Assembly: GCF_036321535.1 (NCBI RefSeq) | Contig: NC_087449.1 | Coordinates: forward strand, 38,874,001-38,938,000 | Origin: Camelus dromedarius | Taxonomy: Eukaryota | Direction of reading: 5' to 3' | Length of the DNA stretch: 64,000 nucleotides | Part shown: in pieces, positions 24,402 through 37,890 of the stretch | Layout of the letters: every line of letters begins with the position of its first letter | Position numbering within the stretch: the stretch's first letter is position 1 | Program-made: the position numbers and the translations under genes | The notes under the pieces: model-generated | Databases searched by the model: none | Told to the model about the DNA's origin: nothing | Seen by the model: the letters and a program-made list of their open reading frames with translations, nothing else

Positions 24402-26479
24402 GTAAAACATGATATTTTAAATTTTATTCCCAATATGATCACTGCCAGTACAAATTAGGGTACACACAATTCAGCCATCCCAATTTATTCATTCAACAAA
24501 TATTTAAGAGCCTCCTTTTGCCAGTGCTCTTTAGGCATTAGGGATACAATGGCGAACAAAGAAGATGACTCTCCAGGAGAGCTGACTTTCTAACAGAGGA
24601 CAGACAATAAACAAATAAATAAGGTAATTTCCGAAGGAGGTAAGTGTCATGATGTGATGTGATGGCGGGAGACCTGGGAGGGTGGTGGGAGGGACAGGGA
24701 AGCTTTATAGAGAGCGGTTGGAAGGCCTCTCTCAGAGGTGATGTCTGAGCTGACACTTGAAATTTGAGAAGTTGACCATCAACCCGAGGTCTGGGGGAAG
24801 CACCTTCTAGAAGCAGGCCATAGCAGGTGTTTAGATTTCAGTCTAGGTGCACTGGGAAGCTAAGGAGTGACGTCTAGTTTATATTTCAAAAATGATCATT
24901 CTGGCTGCCATGGGAGAGTGGATTACAGGGACCCAGAGTGAAAGTGGAAAGATAAATTAGGAGACAGGACAGGAGGGTGGATTAGTTTAGGGTGGTCACA
25001 GCGAGGGTAGAGCCTAGAGGACTTGATAAGGATGGGATGGGGTGGGAGGTGAGAGAAAGCAGGTCGTCTGGTATCAGTCCTACGCTTCTTACTTGAGCAA
25101 TTGAGTTGGCAGTGGTACCTTTTACTGAAAATAGGAGAAAGAACATGTTTCGGAAGGAAAATCAAATAGTCTTTTTTCGGCTAGAAATTTCAGATGCCTA
25201 TTAGACATTTATGGAGATATCAAGACTAGAGAAACAGACTTGGCAGCTGAATCTGTGACACACATGTGGAATGGGAAGCAATGGGGCTAGACGAAATCAC
25301 CCAGGGAGAAGGTGATAAAGAGATGGGACGTAGGCTGACTCCACAGTGTGGTAGAGAAATAAGAGAAACCAGTAAAGGAGGCATGGCAACACCAGCTGGT
25401 AGGAGGAACACCAGAAGCGATGTCACAGAAGCCAAGAGAAGAGAGCGAGTTGCTTTTTGACCAACTGGGTTAAGAGCAGCTGAGAGATCACGTAGGGAGA
25501 AAGTGGGAAAATGAGGTGCTGGAGGGGAACTTGGGGTCAAAGAGGGGTGTGCATCCCTAAACACTGTAAGTTAATTTTACGTTTTTTGAGGGGGACAGTC
25601 TTTTAAATCTATTTTAATCCATACATGACCAAAGAGGGGCTCTTTTTGAAGCTGTGAGATATGGAGCATATTTGCATGTCAGTGGAGATGAATCACCAGA
25701 TAAGGAGAGAGCGGGAGGTCTGCGGGAGCGAACTTCAGAGGATAAGCAGAAGTAGAGGAGGTGGTTGTGCCAGGAGCAGGAACACTGCGCTGTAATGGGA
25801 AAGAGGGCAGAGGACGTGGGTGACGTCGGGCAGCGTGGGATTTGGAGGTAGGAAGTTCTCCACAAAAAAGGAGGCGGGGTCGTCTCTTGGCTCCTCCAAC
25901 CACGGGCCCCACTGCAAGGGGAAGGGTCGCCAGGGCTGCCGAGCCTCTCCGCCGCCTATTTTCCCCAGACTCTCCCTGAGGGTTGCACTTTCCCTGCATC
26001 CTTCTCAGGGGAAGGACATCAGCCCATCCCCACCAGCACCACCACCACACACATGCAGCCTGAGGGGTAGAGGGCACAGCCTCCGTACCTTCCTTCTCCC
26101 AAACCATTCCTTTTTCTCCTCAAACGCAAACACAAACAAAACTCCAGGACTTAGGCATAGTACTTGGCACACCATAGCTGTTCAATCAATATTTGTTTTT
26201 AAAAAAACAAACCAACTCCGCCCATAGAGTTAGTCCCTTCCGTTACATCACCCGCTGCCCCTGAATGTTGCCATCGTCCTGGGGGCTGGGGGGCTTCACT
26301 TTGTACTTAAAATTTGGTGTCCTCAAACTCAGAGAAATTCATCTCTAATTTTCTCCGGTTACCCCCATTAGGACATCTAAGAGCTGTGAGACCTTCCCTC
26401 CCCCGCCTTTGGAGCAGATTCAGTGGAAACTGAGCCCCGTATTCCCGCCCTTCCCTTTCACTCCACCGATCGTGTGAAA

Positions 26480-26498
26480 TAGTCCCCCCTAGTGGACG
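26480..26498 (-). promoter_or_regulatory. Candidate CTCF site
   Basis: Minus strand reads CGTCCACTAGGGGGACTA, matching the CCACYAGGGGG core. Confidence 0.45.
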
Positions 26499-29020
26499 AT
26501 CGCTGCATATGCATGCTCTATATTCCCAGTCACACGGAGACTATTTTGAAGCGCCTGGTAAAAACGAATTTCTTTCATTCAACAGACATTTCCTGAACAC
26601 CTGTTATGAATCTGGCATATCTGAAATGACTTTAAGGTGCACAGTTTCACGGTTATCACACCAGAGACATTAAACCAAAAAGGAAGAGACAAAGCTTCAT
26701 GATCCTGCCGCCTCTGCCAGTGCTGGTTGTTATGTAAAACGCAGAGGGGATTGGACCCGATGTGGGAGGACGCTGAGCCCGTTCAACTCTGGAAGGGTTC
26801 ATCAGCAAAACTGAGGCTGAGGCATTTTTTCATAAATCTCTTCAACAACCTTCTACTGAGCACTGCCCTTTATATGCCACGCCCTGAACTGCAAAAAGAT
26901 GAATCAGACCCAGTTGCTGCCCTGGAGCTGCTCAGAGGGAAAGGCATTTAGGCAAGTGGTCACTAATACAGCATGTATGTGCGGTCCTCACTCCTTCCAT
27001 CCCTCCCTCCCTCACTCAACAAACACGTACCGGGGACCTAACCCATGCTGGGCACTGTGCTGGGGACACAAGTTACAAAACTATGAGAGCTGCACCCTAA
27101 CTGTGCACAGTCTGCATGCAGGCAGGTTACTACGCTGGAGATGACGGCTCCAGTGGAAGGAGCTACTGGAGGGGAGGAGGGCACAGGAGGAGGTACCAAG
27201 GGAAGGAGGCTGGTATTTGGGCAAGGGTTGAAGTCAGGTCGGGGAAGGACTTAGAGAAGAAATGCTGACGCTGAGATGTGATGATGAGGAGGAATGCTCA
27301 CTTTGTCACGTGGAGGTGGGGCGAGGGGAGGGAGGTCTCGGCACCATCCAATCCAGTCTCCTCTGGGTTGTTTGTTTAAGTCTCTGACATGATTCCACCA
27401 CCAGGTCACCCCCTACTCCAATGCCAGTAACAACTCGGCAGCTAGGCCTGACCTTGACTTAGGTGCCTCCAACACTCCATCCCCTCACAGGCAACTCCTC
27501 CCCAGCTAGGAGGCATTATTCCCACTGGAAATCAATTCCAACAACTTCTCAACATGGCCGGCCACGTACCCCCTGCAGGGGTCAAACAAATACAAAGTTG
27601 ACAAGAAAGATAAGGAAAGATAAGGCTGGCTTTCAATTTCAACACTGCCTTCAAAAAAACAATCTAGACCGGGAGTGAGCCTCCAGGCCCTTGGTGATCT
27701 TCCTCAGAATCTCGCTTGTGTACCTTAACCCTGTACCTGCCTCCTCCTTTGGCCTCTCCCAGGATTCCTGGACCTGGAGCTCAGCCTGGCATCCGGGACA
27801 CAGGAGTCACCATATCCAGTGACACCCAGACCCATCTTGTTTGCTGGGCCTCTCTGCTCTGGCCTCCTCGGTGGGCCTGTGCACCCTGCCATGTGCCATC
27901 TCACTCTCCACACCCAGGGGGTTCCTAGTCCCGTCTCTTTTCTCTCTTTCTGGGGCCTCTCTATCCAGCTGGATCAGCACATTCCATTCTGTTGTCTGAA
28001 CAACCCTAAGGGCCTCCCAGCTGGCCTCCAGCCTCAAGCCTCCCTGTGGCTCTGGCCCGCCCAGCACACTAGTCCCCGGGTAGTCTTCCAGAGGCGGGGC
28101 TTTCCTTTTTCCATTCGCCTGTTCCTGGGTCACTTTCCAATGGCCCCACGCTGCCTACTGGAAGGAGTGCCCACCACTCCATCTGGCGTTCAGGGTGCTC
28201 TGCCATCTGGTCCTAGCCTACCTTTCTAGGTCTTCCTGGATGGAGACCTCTACCAGACCTCCACCAAATGATCTCGCTGTGATTCTCCAGACACATCTTG
28301 TACTTCCCTATGTCTGGGCCTTCATTTACACCATCCCCCTCTCCAGAATGCCTTCCTCCACTTTCTACCTTCCCAAGTCCTTCCCATTCTCAGCTCAAAC
28401 ACCACCTCCTCAGCGAACCCTTCCTTGATCTCTCCTGTTGCAAACAGGTTCTCCCATCTCTGAATCACCGCAGGAGCAGGGAAGGATGTAACATCCTGGA
28501 AGCGCCCGCCACGTGCTGCATGTTAAAAGCACAGGCTCTGGAGTCAGATGGCTCTGGTTTGAGTCTAGTTAGCTGTGTAACCATGGGAAGCACACTTAAT
28601 CTGCTGGTGCTTCAATGCTGTAGCCTGAAAAACACAAAAATGCTGATCCCCAGCATTCATTCATTTGAACATTTGAATAGCTAATATGTGCCAGAATCTG
28701 TACTCCTGTGGTTTTTTTTGAAATTAAATGGAACAATGCATGGAAAGTGGCTGGCACATAGGTGTACTTGTAAATGAAAACTGATTCATGCTGCCATTGT
28801 CCAATCTAGTTTCTAAGAAGAACAGCCCTCAGGGTGATTTCTGTCTGGAGGGAAAGCACCACATAGGACTGACAACCAGAGCCAGCTCTGGACCCAGGCA
28901 GACTCTAACAACTGTGAGAGCACCATGTGGCTGATTCCAAGCACAGAACATGACTGTCATTTTCTGAACAACTTGCCCATCAATACTGAGCCAACACCTT
29001 CCATCTGCCGAGGCTATCTA

Positions 29021-29251
<231 letters not shown>

Positions 29252-30130
29252 TTACTCTTTCGATCTAGTTCACCTAGGACAAGTGAAAAGCTGAATGGGG
29301 AGAGGGAGGGCAGTGGTGAGTCCCTGAGCCTTGGCCCCCAAACCCAGAGGTAAATTTCTTCTGGAGAGGAGGGGTGGAGGGGCAGGGGCAGCCAGGAACC
29401 AGACTGAGGATCTGCTGAGGTTGCCACTGAACCCTCTGGCTCAGGAAGCGCTCAGTCAAGGCCAGGCGGCCACTGCTAGAGGTGGGTACAACAGGTTGGT
29501 TATCTTGGCTGGGGGTTGGGCGGGCACAGGCTGTGGAGAGTGAAACTCATCCAAGAGCCTGAATCTTCTCTCCCACAGGACCTCACCCAATCAGGCAAAG
29601 CCCCCCGTCTGCATCTTCTGCCTCCACCCGAGCACTGGCTCCTGTCCTTCAGCATTCGACGTCCTCACGCTCACCCAGGTTGAACACAGCTGTCCTTCAA
29701 TTTCGTCTTCTCTGGCTACTGCTCTTCCCCCTTTACACCTAAGCCTCCCGGGGGAAGTCCTGTCTTCATCCTCTGTGCATCCTTGGATGGTCTGCCATAG
29801 GACAGTCCCCTAATTCACCAAAACTTTTCCCACTGGGCCCAGCTTTCTGTTCTATCCATCCTCAATCTCTCTGCTGTATTTGACCCAGCTGATCATGTCC
29901 TCCGTGCTGAAACTCTTTTCCCTTCATTTTCATGGTCCTGTTCTTTCCTGTTCCTGTCCTTTTCTGGCTTTCATTATTCATTTTCAAAGAGGCAGAACGG
30001 TGGAATATGGAAAGAGTAAGGACTCTGGACTTAGAGTTGGAGTTCAGTGTACCTAGTAAATATCTTATGCTTGGTGTGTGGCCTTGAATAAGTCACCAGA
30101 CACCTTCCTAAGGCTCAGTTCCATCATCTT

Positions 30131-30271
30131 CATTTATTTTTATTTTTATTATTTTTTGGGGGGGGGAGGTAATTAGGGGTTTTTAATTTATTTTTTAATG
30201 GAGGTACTGGGGATTGAACCCAGGACCTTGTGCGTGCTAAGCATGTGCTGTACCACTGAGCTATTCCCTCC
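30131..30271 (-). mobile_element. Camelid tRNA-derived SINE inserted in a MIR
   Basis: TSD ccatcat(c/g)tt; MIR motifs on both flanks. Confidence 0.9.
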
Positions 30272-31575
30272 CCATCATGTTTAAAATGGGTTGATAATAC
30301 CTGCCTCCACCAGCCATTGTGAAGACTAAGAGAGATAGTGTAAGCACGCCCCCAGCACAGTGCCTGGCAAGTAGGAGGCACTTAATAAGTGGAAACTGGA
30401 AATAATGATGATAATCAGATCTGCTTTGCTGCCCTTCTTTCTCAGCTCACCTCTTAGATACTGGCAGTGTTCTTCTTAACTTCCTTGGTACATTCTACCT
30501 GGGTGATCTTATTTACTCTCACTGTTTAGGATATCACTTCTCTGCTCATGAAATCCAAACTGCCATTTTCACCTGGGGTCTCTCTCTGGAGCCTCAGACT
30601 TACTGTCTACTGTCCAGTGGGCATCTCTTCAAAGGGTCCTGAGCAGTGATTCCTCAATGAGGCTAGGAATCAGAACTGCCTGGGAAGCTTAACGGCCACT
30701 TGAAGGCAGTCAGATTCTATAGAAGCGAGAGTTCGGGATTCAGCATTTTTTGCACAAGTGATCCGTCTCCATATTCTGCAACCAGCTTGGCCTGTTCCTC
30801 TGATGGGCACTCGGGAGCCACTGAGACCCAGGTGTACTGGGTCAAAACCTAACTCCTCCCAAGTCAGATCATTGCTCCTGCTCTCTCACGTGGCACACAA
30901 CTCACCCCGCTGCCTGAGTCCAAAGCTGGGTGTCTTCTTGACTCCTTTTCTTTTACTGCCCCAAGTCCCATGCACTCTGCCTCCGAAATGTCTGTCACCT
31001 GGTCACCTCGATTCCCACTGTTCAGGCTGTATCATCTCTTTGATCTTTTAATTGTTTTTTATTGTCCCTGAGCTGTTTTGAGAGCTTTTGATGGTTCATC
31101 TCAAAACCACTCTTGGAGCCTCTATTCCCTCCTGACTAGGCATAGTGTCTTCGTGTGGTCACCATGCCTTGAAGCTGACTTTGCTGCATTCTAGGGCTCC
31201 GAGAGGAAGGCAGAAGCCAGTGAGAGAAACAGAGCTTTCCCAAGCACTTGAGATCTGGCTTCTTCACTTTACATGCTGTCCACAGATGCCCCATGATTCT
31301 TTCCCTATCAAATTGACTCCTTTCATCTTTCCTACAGTCCTTTCATCATCCTTGTTGCTTGTCTCAACCACTTTTAAGTCTGCCAGCATCTTTCTGATCC
31401 TTAAGTAAACAGGACAAATCACTCTGCTGGGAGATGTGAACTCTGCCCTGCCTTGGCCTTCTGGAAGTTAACGCTGATTGAACAGCAGACGTGCAGTGGG
31501 AGCTAAGCCCTGTTTCTCATGCCTGCGTGCAGTGTGACTGTGGAAGGTAGTTGTCAGGTTACTGCTCTGGGATCA

Positions 31576-31860
<285 letters not shown>

Positions 31861-32770
31861 TCAAGGTTACGTAATATGAGGTAATAGGATTAAGATGTAT
31901 TGAACCAAGCCCATTCAAAGCAAAAGCGAGGCTTTGGTCTCATGCGGTCTTTTCCACCTCGTGGCTATGTGGCCGGAGGATTTTGTTTCAACATAGGCAT
32001 GTCAGTTTGTCAAAATCTCTTTTAAGATTTAAAGTGGCTCTGCCAAATGCACAAATAAAACATGCATTTAAAAAAATTGAAGAGTAGTTGATTTACAATA
32101 TTCTGTTAGTTTTAGGTGTACAGCAAAGTGATTCAGTTAGACATATGTGTTTTTTCAGATTCTTTTCAGTGAACATGCATTTTTGATTGCTGTATGATAA
32201 TACATGGATAGTGCTCAGCACTAAATATTTTGATAAATACTACCTCCTTTAGTCCTGGAAACTACACTGAGAGGGAGGTGTTAGTCCCATTTTATGGATA
32301 AATACACTGAGGCTCAGAGAGGCCAAGGGGGAGACAGATAGGAGAACCATGATGAAAAAGCAGTGAGGGAGGGGCTTCAAAGAGGATGTGTGGGGGATGG
32401 CATCTCCTGTACATGCCTCCATCGGAGCCCTTGATAGGACATACTGAAATTACTGGATTATTTACTTTTCTCACCACACTGTAAGCTCTTTGGGGACAAG
32501 GATTGTATTTTATTCATCTTTGTATTCCCAGGACCGTAGCGTACACCTACACCACATAGTCAATGATTTTACTTCAATTTCAGTTCTAGAGTTATTCACC
32601 AACGGCTCAATAAATGTTTCTTGAATGGATGCACGAAAGAGGATATATTTAAAATGAAGAGGTATTTCCAAAACCACCATGGAAAGATTTGAGCAAATGA
32701 TGAATCAGGAAAATCATAAATCTGGGTCTGCTGGTGGTGAGACAGACAGGAGCTAATTAAGCCCACTCTA

Positions 32771-33103
<333 letters not shown>

Positions 33104-33293
33104 TCAAGTTCCTTGGCACTAACCTTTCTAAGGGATCTCAAGGATCTTTCTTCATATATTTCTCCTATCCCGGTAATGTTCACGGGTAATGTGACATGGT
33201 AGTTTGGAAATTCTTCCCCCCAGCAGGAAATGCAAAAGTTGAATACAATGGACATTTCTTGTGCTTGGCTTTCTAGCATCTGTATCTCTTCTT

Positions 33294-34174
33294 TTTTAAA
33301 TTTATTTTTATTTTTTATTAACTTCACTTATGTATTTATTTTACAGTATCATTTTTAAAATTGAAGTATAGTTGAAGTACAATATTATATGTCACAGGTA
33401 TACAATATAGTGATTCACAATTTTTAAAGGTTATATTCCATTTATTGTTATTATAAAATATGGGCTGTATTCCCCATGTTGTACAGCACATCCTTGTAGC
33501 TTATTTTATACCTGATAGTTTGCACCTCTTAATCCTCCACCTCCATTTTGCCCCTCCCCATTCCCTCACCCCACTGATAATCACTAATTCCTTCTCCACA
33601 TCTGTGAGTCTCTTTTCTGTTATATTCACTAGTTTCTTTTTTTTTTTTTAGATTCCACATGTAAGTGGTATCTTAGTGTTTGTCTTTCTCTACCTGACTT
33701 ACTTCACTTAGCATCATGCCCTCCAAGTCCATCCATGCTGTAACTAACACAACATTTTAAATCAACCATACTTCAATTAAAGAGCAAGCAAACAACCAAA
33801 CAACCCATTTAAAATATGGGCAGAAGAACTGAACAGATATTTTTCCAAAAGAGGAAATGCACATGGCCAACAGGCATATGAAGAGCTGTGCAACATCACC
33901 AATATCAGGGAAATGCAAATCAAAATCACAATGAGACACCATCTCACATTTGTCAGAATGGCCATCATCAAAAAGAACACAAATAACAAATGTTGGCAAG
34001 GGTGTGGAGAAAAGGGAATCTCTGCACACTGTCGATGGGTATGTTAATTGGTGCAGCCACCATGGAAGACAATATGGAGGTTTCTTAAAAATCTCCAAAC
34101 ATAACCACTATATGGCTCAGCAATTCCACTCCTGGGCATACACCCCAGAAAAACAAAAACATTAATTCAAAAAG
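33294..34174 (-). mobile_element. 5'-inverted (twin-primed) L1 insertion
   Basis: Antisense L1 3' end (to about 33740) joined to a sense ORF2 segment (about 33785-34174); TSD tgtat(c/t)tcttctt at 33281-33293 and 34175-34187. Confidence 0.75.
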
Positions 34175-34214
34175 TGTATTTCTTCTTCTTAAAAGAGCAC
34201 CTTAACTGTCCCTT

Positions 34215-34675
34215 GGGGATTCACCCCTCCACCACTCACGAGCCATGTGGTTTTGGTAGGGTGAGCAGAGGACAGAGTGTGTCATCCTTCCGAATGCAGT
34301 AGTTGGTGTGGGGCCAGGCATGTGACCTAAGTTGGTCCAATGAAGCTCAAAATCCAGGACTTTCTTGGGAACCCTGGGAAAGACGTGCTCCCTTTTTGGT
34401 TTGACTGAGCTAGAAAGACGCATGTCTGGGGCTTCTGAGGACCACAGCACACGGAGGCCTACAAGTACAGGGGAGAGCAGAGCTGAGAAATGGAGAAAAA
34501 GAGGGAGACACCAAGGACTGATGACATTTTTTGAGCCCCTGGATCTAGTCAGGCCTGTAATGTGGATTTCCACCTTCAGGGCATTTCAGTTAAGTAGGCT
34601 AATAATTTCCACTTTTCACTTGTTCAGTATGAGTTGGTTTTCTGTAATTCATAACCAAGAGGCTGCTAACAATGT
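34215..34675. mobile_element. ERVL-type LTR (LTR16/LTR33/MLT1K-like)
   Basis: gcatgtgacctaagttggtccaatg and ggttttctgtaattcataaccaag motifs. Confidence 0.45.
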
Positions 34676-34871
34676 GTCAATGGAGAACATGGTATGGAGG
34701 AGAAACTAGACCAGGACTACAGCTGCCACTACCTCTGGGTCCATCCTGAGGGCTACTAGGTACCCACTGACAACTAGAAGTCAAAAAAAGACCCATGTGG
34801 TATGAATGCCAAGAACACCATGAGCCCAGTGGAAAACCGAGATCCCAGAACCTCTCTAGAACAGAACTCAC

Positions 34872-34940
34872 CTGCTGACGGCTGATAAAAAGACGCCAAT
34901 GGACCTTAGCAGCTTATCTAAACACGAGCCAGTCATATAG
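34872..34940 (-). CDS. ARMH1: ARMH1 coding exon 2 (YMTGSCLDKLLRSIGVFLSAVS)
   Basis: 69 nt, cag/gtgagt boundaries; absent from the ORF track; matches human [22 protein letters not shown] as recalled. Confidence 0.92.
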
Positions 34941-37390
34941 CTGAACAACAAGTTAAAGAGTGAATTTCAGGGTGGTTTTCCATCCTGTGTCTGATCCCTC
35001 ATACCACTTACGGCCCAGGATGACCAACTGCATGTCCTTTATCTGAGAGGGGCCACTAGATTGAAGGGGAAGGGACAACACACACACGGGGTTGGGGGGT
35101 GGGTGGGAGGTGCTGGGAGGCATGTCATGGTTTCCTAGGAAGCTCTTCTGGGGTAGTTCAGCCACTGACTCCAACAAGCTCTCTAGAGAGTAAGAGGCTC
35201 GATGAATAAAAGGTGCACGAAGGAAGCTAGGGGTCAGTTTTCCAAGCCTCTCTATGCCATGACCATTGCCCTTGGGTCTCAGCACAGTTCATTATTTTCT
35301 GCCTCACTCTTGGAATTCTCTAAAAACAATCAGCTTCATCATTAATTCTCAATTTTGTCTTGCTCAAAGCTTTATACTGGAGGTCACTATCTTTATGAAG
35401 AATCGTGTGTCTTCCTCATAAGAACAGGGGATGGTGGAAAAATTAAACCCTGATTTAAAACAACCTCAGTATTTAGTGTTATTTATTTTTTTTTAATGTG
35501 AGCTTTTGCAAAAAGCTTCATTGTAATAAAGCACCCAGAGCACGCANNNNNNNNNNNNNNNNNNNNNNNNNNNNNNNNNNNNNNNNNNNNNNNNNNNNNN
35601 NNNNNNNNNNNNNNNNNNNNNNNNNNNNNNNNNNNNNNNNNNNNNNNNNNNNNNNNNNNNNNNNNNNNNNNNNNNNNNNNNNNNNNNNNNNNNNNNNNNN
35701 NNNNNNNNNNAATGTAATGGGTTGGAGGTAATGGTGCTTTGTTGAGGGGGAGGGTGCATGAGNNNNNNNNNNNNNNNNNNNNNNNNNNNNNNNNNNNNNN
35801 NNNNNNNNNNNNNNNNNNNNNNNNNNNNNNNNNNNNNNNNNNNNNNNNNNNNNNNNNNNNNNNNNNNNNNNNNNNNNNNNNNNNNNNNNNNNNNAGAGCC
35901 GGGGCCAGGCCATCAGCCTACCACTCTGCTCCCCCCAAACCCCAGCTCCCTTCCTGCCTCAGTGCCTCCTCAGTGCCTTTTCTTCAGTTACTGGTGAGGC
36001 TGACCCACTTTTGTTACCTTCTTTTTCCTCTGTCCCAGGCTAGCCTTTTTTTCATAGCCACTCACGATATATATTTCTAGTCTATTGTTTCCAGCAGTTA
36101 GTTCCAGAAGTTTGCCACAACATCAGAGTAGCCAAAAATACCAAGCATTTACTGTGTGCCAGGCACTGCGCTGACTGCTTTGCTTGCTTTGTCTCATTTA
36201 ATCCTCACTGCACCCCGCAGTGGGTGCTGTTAGTATTTCCGCTTACTTCATAAGGAAATAATCTCAGACAGTTTTATTAATGGCCTGTTCAAGGTCCCCA
36301 CGTAAAGTGATAGTACTTGGGTTTGAACCTAGGCAGCCTAACTCAGCGTCCAAGTTCTTACAGGCAGGCCTTCCTGCCTACAGACAAGCAGAGGGAGTGG
36401 GCCACTGATGCAGATGGTCTCCTTATATGGGGTAGGAGGTGGGACTGCGCCAGGGAGACACCGAAGTAGAGTGGATGGCGTTTGGGCTTTGGGCCAGACC
36501 CCCGTTTCATTTCCTATCTCTGCACCTACTAGTAAACTCAGCCTTTTCAAGGCTCATCTTTCTCATCTATAAAATGGGACGATACCAAACGCCTGTTAGG
36601 TTTGGTGTTAGGCTCAAATGAGATATTTGTATAGTACATAGAGTTCAGTGCCTAGAGCATAAAAAGATGCGATATATGGTAACTGATAATTTTTTCACTA
36701 TAATATATAAATCCTTAGGTTTACTGATCCATTCTGGAAGTTCAAGTTTAAAAAAGGAGTTTGAAGCTAATGTGGGATTAGGTTTGGCAATTTTACCAAA
36801 CATAATGATGCTATACTGGTTTCCCTTCAAAATCCACCGTAACTGGAGGGCTGGGGAGGAGATGTGGGGCTCCCTGATTCAAAGTGCTCTGTCTCTTCAG
36901 CCAGTCTGTTTTCTCTGTTGTATGACAAGGTCACAAAAGGTTAGGGAGTTATGAATAATTTCAGGGTGAGAGACTGCCTATACCACTGTATATTAAAAGC
37001 ATGGTTCAAAGCATGGTTCATTCAGTGAGCATTGACTGAGTGTCCACTAAGCGCTGGGCCCTCTGATTGGCACTCAGGACATGGGGAAGAACAGACAATG
37101 GCTCGGTTAACAAGTGCAGTGACTGAGTCATAAGAGAAGAGGGCTGAATAAGAACTCTTGGGAACACTAACGTTTAAGGGGTGGGTGCAACAGTGTCAGA
37201 GGAACAGCCATGGGAGAAGGAAGGGGAGAGGAGAGCTTTAGAAGGGGCTGTGGTCAAGCACGGCCGGGGCTGGGGTGAGGTGAGTGACTCACTTGCTTCC
37301 CAGTATTTAAGGGGGCACCAAAAAACTCAGTAACTAAATAATATTTCCTGCACTAATAAAAAAGAAAAATTAATATAAAAGTCCATGATG

Positions 37391-37527
37391 GGGGGAGGGT
37401 ATAGCTCAGTGGTAGAGTGCCTGCTTAGCATGTACAAGGTCCTGGGTTCGATCCCCAGTATATCTGGTTACATAAATAAATAAATAAATTTACTGTACCC
37501 CCAAAAAACCCCCAAACCAACAAACAA
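37391..37527 (+). mobile_element. Camelid tRNA-derived SINE (Vic-1-like)
   Basis: gggggagggtatagctcagtggtagag head; TSD aaaa(g/a)tcc(a/g)tgatg. Confidence 0.9.
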
Positions 37528-37714
37528 AAAAATCCGTGATGAATAAAATACCAAAGCTTTAAACAAAGGCAGGATCTGACCCTGCATGTGTATGACCCTA
37601 CCTCACTCACATCACCCTGTGGTTGATTGGAAACTTTTGTCAAGTTAATGACAACCTAGGTGGTGTCAGTAAGTGTCATGAGTTGTGGGGACAAGGCCAG
37701 ATTATAGGCGCTGA

Positions 37715-37890
37715 TGTTTTTCAAAGTATCACCTGTGGACCACCAGCATCAGAGTCACCCGGATTCTTGTGAAGAGTACAGACAAGGGACCCACCTTTAA
37801 TTTACTAAAGCAAAACCCTGGGGGTGAGGTGGGGAAGTAGACTGCTTATCTGCATTTTAAAACTCTTTTTTTGCACAGTTAATGTCTGAG
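37715..37890. mobile_element. MER5-like hAT fragment
   Basis: ggaccaccagcatcagagtcacccgg...atctgcattttaa motifs. Confidence 0.55.

Noticed and set aside
35547-35894. N runs and X-filled ORFs here and at 13278, 40523, 58940-59840 and 63138
   Set aside because: Gaps or masking; content unreadable, so ORF lengths across them are meaningless
36997-37021. Short tandem duplications (aaagcatggttc x2 here; also near 3716, 12551 and 21520)
   Set aside because: Ordinary replication-slippage duplications; not spacer-separated arrays, so nothing CRISPR-like
37391-37465. tRNA-like sequences at the eight SINE heads
   Set aside because: They have A-rich tails and TSDs and lack an intact cloverleaf; these are SINEs, not tRNA genes
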